Origin: Paramecium tetraurelia
Taxonomy: Eukaryota
Direction: 5' to 3'
Length of the DNA stretch: 64,000 nucleotides
Assembly: GCA_000165425.1 (NCBI GenBank)
Contig: CT868007.1
Span: forward strand, 124,001-188,000
Made by a program: the position numbers and the translations under genes
In this document: positions 56,301 to 64,000 of the stretch, in pieces
Layout of the letters: every line of letters begins with the position of its first letter
How positions within the stretch are numbered: the stretch's first letter is position 1
The notes under the pieces: generated by a model
The model's database searches: none
Seen by the model: only the letters and a program-made list of their open reading frames with translations
Told to the model about the DNA's origin: nothing

Positions 56301-57186
56301 ATGTCTAATCACCCATACAGCAATGCCCCCCCTGCTTAACCTTTGGCCACAACTTAGGCTCCTAAATTCGGTCAACCAACATTATAACAACCAGTTCCCT
56401 AAGTAAAAATTGTGTTTTAATTTATAGTATGCTGTCCCATTGTAATAATCCCCAATTAGATAATCATATATCCAACCAGTTTAATATGCTCCAGTTCCTT
56501 AACAAGTTCAATATGTTCCACAACCTGTTCAGTATGTTCAATAACCCGTCCAACCAGTAGTGTAATCAGTTTAAGTACATAATGTTATGATATTCAAATT
56601 AGCATCAATCAATCAAAGGAGAATCAAGAATTGAATATGTTCCATATTAAAAGGCTGTTGTAGAATATGAAGAATAAGAGGTTGTCCAATATGTGCCAAG
56701 AGAGAGAAAGGTGACCGATTATTATGCTGTTGAGTACTAAACCGAATACGTTCCTTAAGTATTTTAAGAGAAGTACACAGGTATTCCTATATATTGAATA
56801 ATGTAGAATACGTTCCAGTTGACAGATATCAAGAGAGAGTAGAGTATTATCCAGTTGAAAGACAAGTCGTCCATCAATAAGTTTAACCAGTCTAATAGGT
56901 GGTTTAATAACCAGTTTAAGTCGTCTAACAACCAGTCTAGGTTGTTTAATAACCAGTCTATTAATAACCAGTCTATTAATAACCAGTTTATCAATAACCA
57001 GTCTAGTATGTTTAATAGCCAGTTACTTATGCATAACCATTGGTTGCTTCCAGAGTTGTTCCTTAAGGTTTTGCTCAAACCTATGCTCCATAATATGCAT
57101 AGTAATACCAACCATAACAAATCCCATAATAACCAAAAGCCCAATAATAACAATAGGCTCCAAGATCTAACGTTGGTTAATAATGA
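56301..57186 (+). CDS. EPI: Epiplasmin (cortical cytoskeleton protein)
   Basis: Central domain IKGESRIEYVPY...VPRERKVTDYYAVEYQTEYVPQV..EKYTEYVPVDRYQERVEYYPVERQVV, flanked by P/V/Q/Y-rich arms. Confidence 0.92.
56880..57025 (+). repeat. Coding tandem repeats within epiplasmin (QPVQVVQ and QPVYQ)
   Basis: Imperfect 21-bp units (CAACCAGTCTAGGTTGTTTAA) and 15-bp units (TAACCAGTCTATTAA). Confidence 0.8.
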
Positions 57187-57531
57187 ATCCTATTCATAAA
57201 ATGAATATTAATGTCTAATATTTTCGGTTTCTCATCCGACCACCATGTGATTATTCTTCATATATGGTTGTAAAATTAAATATTATTCTTTTAATTCTTA
57301 TATGTTGACTATCAGACATTAATTCACACCTATAAATTAATAATGTATCATATGTTTAATTAGTATTATTCTTAGGTTTGTAGGTACATTGTGAGCGAAT
57401 GTTCTGAGTAGTTCTGATGTGATAGTAATTTTTTGGGTCAATTCGTTGGTAGTTCGATATACTAAAGCTAATATCTCGTTTTCAACTAAAGAAAGTGGGT
57501 GTAAAATGTGATTAATTAATTGTTAAATAAA

Positions 57532-59246
57532 ATGGGAAGTGGACTGTCTAACAATCAAATCAATAACTTTAGGTATGGTGTAATTTCTAGAGTCTAGAAT
57601 GCTATCTCTATTTTAAGAGAAGTCTTTAGAAAATGATAAAGTAAAGGCTGACTAAAGTGAATTTAACAATAGATTAGAGGATACAACTATGGTGTCGCAG
57701 AAGAATAAACTCAAGTTTTAAACTAATCTCATTGAAATGATTCGTAATAAACCGAAAAAGGTGAATACAACTCCAATGCGTGTTAGTGGAGTTATTTCTA
57801 AATCCCCTGGTATAAAGAAACCATTTATTGAATATGCTCAAACAAATCTCATTCATTTTGTTAGATCATCTTAAAAGATGGAAGTCTCTATATTCAATAT
57901 ATCTAGAAAGCTGAACTTTCAATGGAAAAATATCTCAACATTAAGGAATCTCAGATGTTGAGTTCCCAAAGACTCAAGCCTCGCAAATCTTTAGCTGTTT
58001 AGAACACACTCGAAGTTGTATAGACATCTCGTCTGGAAAAAAGTATAAATGTTGAAGGAATGGCATAAATTAATTAATACACAGTAATTGAAAATTTGGG
58101 TCAGGGAGCATTTGGTAAAGTTAAAAAGGCTCAGAATTTTAAAGGAGAATAATTTGTATTGATATTTCCTATATTATTAGGCAATTAAGATAGCAAACAA
58201 AAAAAAACTGAAAAAGAAACTTTTATCTAAATCAAATGCATATACAATGTTGGAAAGAGAAATTGCTATTATGAAAAAAGTAGGATTTATTTTAATATTC
58301 ATCATAGATCTCACATACTAATGTAGTTCAATTGTATGAAGTCATTGATGATCCTAAATAAGATAAGTTGTACCTAGTTATGGAATTTATGGGGAAAGGC
58401 AGCATTCTTAGTAAAGGCTTTTTTAAGAAGAACAAATAGACATCCAATATTTTGGATGAAATTGATGATAAAAATATCAATTCAAGATTGACTGAAGAAT
58501 AATGTAGACATTACTTTAGTGATTTCATTAAAGGATTAGATTATTGTATTTTAAATTAAATTTAATTAAGTACATGAATGTGTTAATGTTATACATAGAG
58601 ACATCAAACCTGAGAATTTATTGGTCAATATCTAGGATTAATTGAAAATTGCTGATTTTGGAGTTTCACATATCATGGAAGATGGATAAGATGGAAGAAT
58701 CTCCAATTAAACTGGTACTCAAGCTTATTTGGCACCTGAAGTATTTAAAGGTACTTTATAATAATAACGTAATTCAAGGATAGAATTTCGATGGAAAACC
58801 TGTTGATATATGGGCAGGAGGAGTGACCTTATATTAGATGGTTTATGGTAGACTACCCTTTCCAAGTTAGAAATCTATGGAATTAAGATAATAAATATTG
58901 GAAGACAAGTAAATGATTATTGTTATCAATTCAAAGTCCTCCTTATTCTTAGCCGACTGGATTTCATCCTTCAATTCTTAAATTACTATAAGGAATGCTA
59001 GAGAAGAATCCTGAAAAGAGATATAAAATAGATCAAATAATTTTAGATGATTGGTTGACTGATTTTGGTAAATAACCATTGCAGAATGAATACATCCAAT
59101 ATGTAGGTGTTACTGAAATGGATATCAAATCAGCCTTGACTAGTTTAAATATCTAGATGGCCTTGAAAATTGTGGTTAAACTATTGTATTTATCAAAAAA
59201 AGCGAAAAAAAAAATAGCTATGAAAAAATAATAAAAGAAGATTTGA
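57532..59246 (+). CDS. CaMKK-family Ser/Thr kinase (start uncertain)
   Basis: [86 protein letters not shown]. Candidate start MGSGLS. Confidence 0.9.
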
Positions 59247-59271
59247 AACATTATCAATTTAAGATATCAAA

Positions 59272-60724
59272 TCACTATTACTCTCTTTAAATAATGCTCC
59301 CAGTTAAAAAGTTCATGTTTTTAAATTTACTCATATCTTAATCCCTATCAAATGCTGGATCATTTATTAAAATGTCTTCAACATCCGATTATTATTACTG
59401 ATCAGCAGATTGCACTTCCTCTTCATCTTCATGCTATTTAATTTATCTAAACACTTCAAATTACGCAGGCACTCTATATTTATTTATTCTAACATTCACA
59501 TCATAATTTACTTCTTTTTATTTATTTTCTTTTCTATTGTTACAACAATTACTATCCTCCCTACTTGTAGGGCTACTCTTTTTGGGGAATTCAATTATAT
59601 CTACAAATCTTCATCCTATGCTAAAACCAAAGTTCCAAATTTTGAACAATTATCTTCTATATAAAAGGATTATTCTTAATGGTTAACTAGTATACTGGCA
59701 TGATGTCTCGAGACTGAAATATCATGCAATTTTATATCGCAATCTTATGTTCTACCTATTTTAATGGTGTCCCTTGTTTTGACATCAATTACATATAAAC
59801 CCTATTCTTTGTTTTTATCACTGTGATTAATTTGCAATAACAAATAAGGCTCTTTTGGTTTATTAATGTCACATATGTTATATTGAATCTACTTAAATTT
59901 AAAGGAAGCTATAAACGGTAAATTAAACCATTACTTTTGTACATCGATTTACATAGTTCACATTTCATACTTTTCCAATAATATAGTGTTACCCCATTCT
60001 ATGCTTTAGTTTTTAATTGGCTATTTATCCAACTCTATAAACATTTTAAGTGGATATATTTGATGGAACCAATGCATTTGCATGGACTTATGAAGGGATT
60101 TTCAAGTGTCGCCAGTTTACTTAAACAAAATCTGCATTACACTTATCCTTCTACACATCCACTATCATTTAATTTATTTTTTTCATCAAATTCATCTGGG
60201 ACTCCTCCGTCATCATATTCATAAGCAAAACTATAATCAAGTACTGTTAATTTGACTCTTCCTAATTTTATTGTTGAATTAATCACTAATTTTTGACGGT
60301 CTAAGGTAGGTAGATCTGATGCCTATAATGGTCTGATGACTTTCCAGAATGCATTTTCTAGTTTAGAATTATATATTTCAATTGATTTCTGATTACTGCG
60401 AAACTCAAATATTTCTCTTTAATTCCTTACTACTTCCTTAATAATGATTATGGGAGCAATTTTACATTTTTGGTTAATGCCAAGATGTCTCTATCTAATT
60501 AAACCACTCTTCCTTATATATTTATGGGAAGTACCTTAAAAATCAAAGTCAATAGATTTTCTGACAAGGGAATCGCTCTCATAATCAAATAAATTATGTC
60601 CATTATCAGACCAGATATATGCCATCACATGAATACTAAGTCTTTCATCATAATTGTACTTATAAGGGAGTTCCATAATGTTAAATACATTTTGGTTTTT
60701 CATGTTGGAACAAGTTGCACCCAT
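59272..60724 (-). CDS. RING-CH (RINGv) and FHA-like domain protein, putative E3 ligase
   Basis: MGATCS N-terminus, IKLGRVK, CRFCLSKLATLENPFISPCKCIGSIKYIHLKCLQSW, and LGR...DISVSRHHA...SKFGTL. Confidence 0.85.
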
Positions 60725-60912
60725 TCTTATAATTATTTTATTATAGCTAGATTTATTATATTATTATGTATAATTGTGATTTTATTTATTAGCAAACAAA
60801 TGAATGCAATTGTATACTTTTATTTTTAGATTATTGTTGAAAATAACATAGATGTTCAAGGGATTCTTTGTTAAATATTCTAATAATAAATAATTATTTA
60901 TTATCTAAACAA

Positions 60913-62006
60913 ATGTATTCTTTGCCAAGATTGACTAGTAAAAGTGTTAAAACATAAATAAACACATCGATAGAAACTGAAAATAAGAAAAAGTTCCATT
61001 TTAGTGATAATATCATGTATAAAATGAGCAAATAAGCACTTCAAGATTATTTAAAGTCAGGAGTCATAGATTAAAGAATAATACAACTGAATTTAGTCAA
61101 AATGAGTAAATTGAAGAATTCGGATCTCTCAATTCTTAACGATTTCTATTCCTAACCTTCCACAAGTAGGATCGAATAGGAATAAGCTTAATAAATATTA
61201 TCAAAAGTATAATATATTCTGTAATAAAAAGATTAAAACACAACAAATTCCTAAGAATTCATATTTTAACGAAAAATCTGAAAATAAATCCAATCAGAAC
61301 GACTTAAACTTCTATTAAATTGAAGAACAATTGTATGATCTATAAAATAAATAGGAAATAATGTTTGAAGACTAAAATGAATGTTTCAAAATTATTTAAT
61401 GGAACTTATTTGCTTGATCCATCCATCAACGATCTAACAAAGAAAAGCTAAACTTCTAAACCATATCTTCAAATGCTTCATAGGATGGAACCTTAGAAGA
61501 GAATTAGCAAAAAAACCAAATCGTTCAAAAGACAATCTAGTATTTTAAATCCATAATATTGCAAATAATACTCAATTTAAAGTATGGAAATAGAAGATGT
61601 TACGGATTACATGTCCTCAAGATTAATAGAATCAAAGGCAAATATCGAATAATTGGTTGAAAAATACAAAATTATAGATTTGACTCCAGAATAGAAATCA
61701 TTCTTTAATTTAGTTTAGAAATGTGACATCAAAGGATTATCATTATTATTTTAAGATAAATCATTTGATTTCTCTCTAATCAATTCAGCTGATGAAGTAT
61801 TCTTATAATAATCATTTTAGAAAGGATTCTACCCTGTCCATATAGCTATCAAGAAATAAAATGTATCATTGTTTAAACTCCTATTGAAATTCGGAGCAAA
61901 ATTAAATGTGACGACAAGAAATGGAAAAACTATTTAGGATTTGAGTTAACTCTATGAAAATTAAGAGATTCTAGATTTAATAAAAAGGAATCGTTATTTT
62001 AAATGA
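60913..62006 (+). CDS. Protein with C-terminal ankyrin repeats
   Basis: KGFYPVHIAIKKQNVSLFKLLLKFGAKLNVTTRNGKT. TGA 62004-62006. Confidence 0.78.
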
Positions 62007-62033
62007 ACATGAATTAATTAATTATATATTATT

Positions 62034-63036
62034 TCAAAAGATCTAACATTAATTTGAAGGTAGAGTGCATTATACTAAATTAAAATCTGATTCTTATTAT
62101 TTCTTTTTTATTCCCTAAACAGTCCATAAATCACAATTCATCATCTTATCACAAACTAATAAATAGAGAATGTAATAATACTGATTACTACGTGTGCAAT
62201 AAGCAATTATCTATCTTATTCACTTTCAATATAAAAAGAATCTTTAAAATCTTGAACTTTTAATTTGTATTGACTTTACTCTTGATAAATCATATAGGCA
62301 AAGTTGTCATATCCTGCCAATACAAAATTTGGATAATATTTAGATTGATTAATAGATTTTAACCATTCTTCCATATTTGGAATTTATTCCTAACAGTATT
62401 CAATATTTAACAGTAAACCTTTTTTTGAAAATAAACCCATTTCTAAAGTTAATTAAATACAGAAATACCTTCATCTAATTTAGCCAAGATCCTTCTTTGA
62501 TATCCTAATTTATCAATACCGTATTTGTTTAATAGAAATTTGCATTTATTTTGAGCTGGCAATGATTTCAAAAGACTTACATTATCATAAATGCCTAAGT
62601 CTATAAAGTTTTATAAGTAGATATCATTCAATCTAATATCCATTAGAAATGTTGCAATTGGTTACTATCTGATGTTGGTGACTTAATTGATTTAGTTCAT
62701 TGGAGTTTGAAATTCTTATGTGTTGATCGATTCATTTAATAAATGGTTAATTGAGGTGTTTTAAATAGGTAGATTCGTTTCCAAGGTCCTCGTTTCCACT
62801 TATTGCATTTTTGGTTCATCTATGTAGGACTTCTTATTTTTGATTCTTGATTAGGCTTATAATAATGCATTCTTGACGTCTTCTTTTTGCTGTTGCATTT
62901 CCTATATGTTTTGTTAGAGACTAGAGATCTTCTCTTGCCATTGTTCTGCAAAATTGGAATAGTTGGATTGTTGGGGGTCGTTATCAAAATTGACTTGAGA
63001 TTTGAAATCAAAACTAAGTTCTTAATTGATTGACAT
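62034..63036 (-). CDS. SAM-domain protein with C-terminal CaaX (CQIF)
   Basis: YGIDKLGYQRRIL and MEEWLKSINQSKYYPNFVLAGYD are SAM patterns. Ends ...SNQCQIF*. Confidence 0.72.
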
Positions 63037-63091
63037 TCTGTTATAAATTAAAATGAAATAATTATTCCTGAATTATAGGCACAATAATGAA

Positions 63092-64000
63092 ATGAGAAAA
63101 AATACATATCAAGTACTATTTATATAGTTAATAAGATTCAATTTAGAAATGGGGAGACTGTTTCATCTGATGGATTCCTAGAAAATGAAAATAAAATTTA
63201 GAGGGCTAATTATACTTTTCTCTTTCCTTGGAGAGTAATTAAGGATAACATCTTCTACTTTTTACTTCTTATATTATAAGCTTTTTCTGCTTAGCCCTTG
63301 TATTTTGTGGCGATTCCCTTAATATTACAAGGGTGGCTGGTTGATTTCCATAATTGTTTAAAAATACGAAAAATGGATTAATTGATAAAAGAGTAAGAGG
63401 CAAAAATTATTAAGTAGTGGGATGAATGTATTATTAATAAGGAAATTATTTCTAAAATAAAGGAAAGATTAGATTAGTAAGATTAAAGTGAGAGCAATTA
63501 AAAATTAAGGAGTAAGTCATAACTTGAGAAGAATTCGTAAAATAAGAAAATTGATTATGCACAGAGTTAAAAGAAAGGAATTTCCAGATCAATTCTATGT
63601 AATATACAATATCTATTTGTGTAGCAAATGATTCCATTCCATTTTAATAAATCCAATACAAATAACAATAAAGTAACAAAAATATCAAAGCCTCTGAAAA
63701 TGTTAAGAAATACAATTAAATGAGTCCATTAATTTATAAAGATATGGCTTTGAAATTATAGTAAATCTAAATCATGGAAACTGATCCATTGATCATTCAA
63801 TTTAAAAAGCTGGTTCCAAGCATATTTCCAAAAGATTTGATTTAAACTACAACTAAAATACCATTAAATGAGAAGTTGAAAAAAATGGAAAAGGATAAAA
63901 TGAATTTAATTAAATCCCAAAATGCTGAAGATATTAAAATAGGAGATGTCATTTTATTACAAAGAAATGAAATAGCACCATGTGATATAATTGTTTTGCA
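63092..64000 (+). CDS. P4-type ATPase-like protein, 5' part (runs off window)
   Basis: NKIQRANYTFLFPW...NIFYFLLLILQ (P4 N-terminus and TM1-2), then actuator-like EDIKIGDVILLQRNEIAPCDIIVL. Confidence 0.72.

Noticed and set aside
56880..57025. Short direct repeats resembling a CRISPR array or minisatellite
   Set aside because: No unique spacers; units are 15/21 bp, in frame, and encode epiplasmin repeats in a eukaryote.
56764..57199. Track ORFs with striking WLL/NNQS repeats (56764-57153 - and 56855-57199 +)
   Set aside because: They are antisense and shifted-frame shadows of the epiplasmin QPV repeats.

Overview
AT-rich, gene-dense eukaryotic DNA that reads as a Paramecium (probably aurelia-complex) macronuclear scaffold. 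TAA/TAG encode Gln, TGA is the only stop, and genes are split by ~20-30 nt GT..AG introns. The supplied ORF track uses the standard code, so it is fragmentary or spurious. Translating by hand with the ciliate code gives about 40 tightly packed protein genes. Well recognisable ones are pectin acetylesterase/Notum, RPS28, a DP transcription factor, NEK, ULK-like and CaMKK kinases, two pseudokinases, an H-type lectin protein, SEC14, a CNB-domain protein, VPS8, a SKP1-like protein, SAPS/PP6R, a cystatin, the PKA regulatory subunit, epiplasmin, a RING-CH/FHA ligase, and the start of a P4-ATPase-like gene. There are three N gaps. I found no rRNA, tRNA, CRISPR array, transposon or telomere array, and no convincing new multi-gene system. 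The best leads are single genes: a stand-alone SIN1-CRIM-like protein, a HAUS6-like protein, a QALGGH-type zinc finger, a 7TM protein, an in-frame TGA in the ULK-like kinase, and a possible ATPase-guanylyl cyclase fusion at the window end. All coordinates and domain calls come from manual reading, with no database searches.
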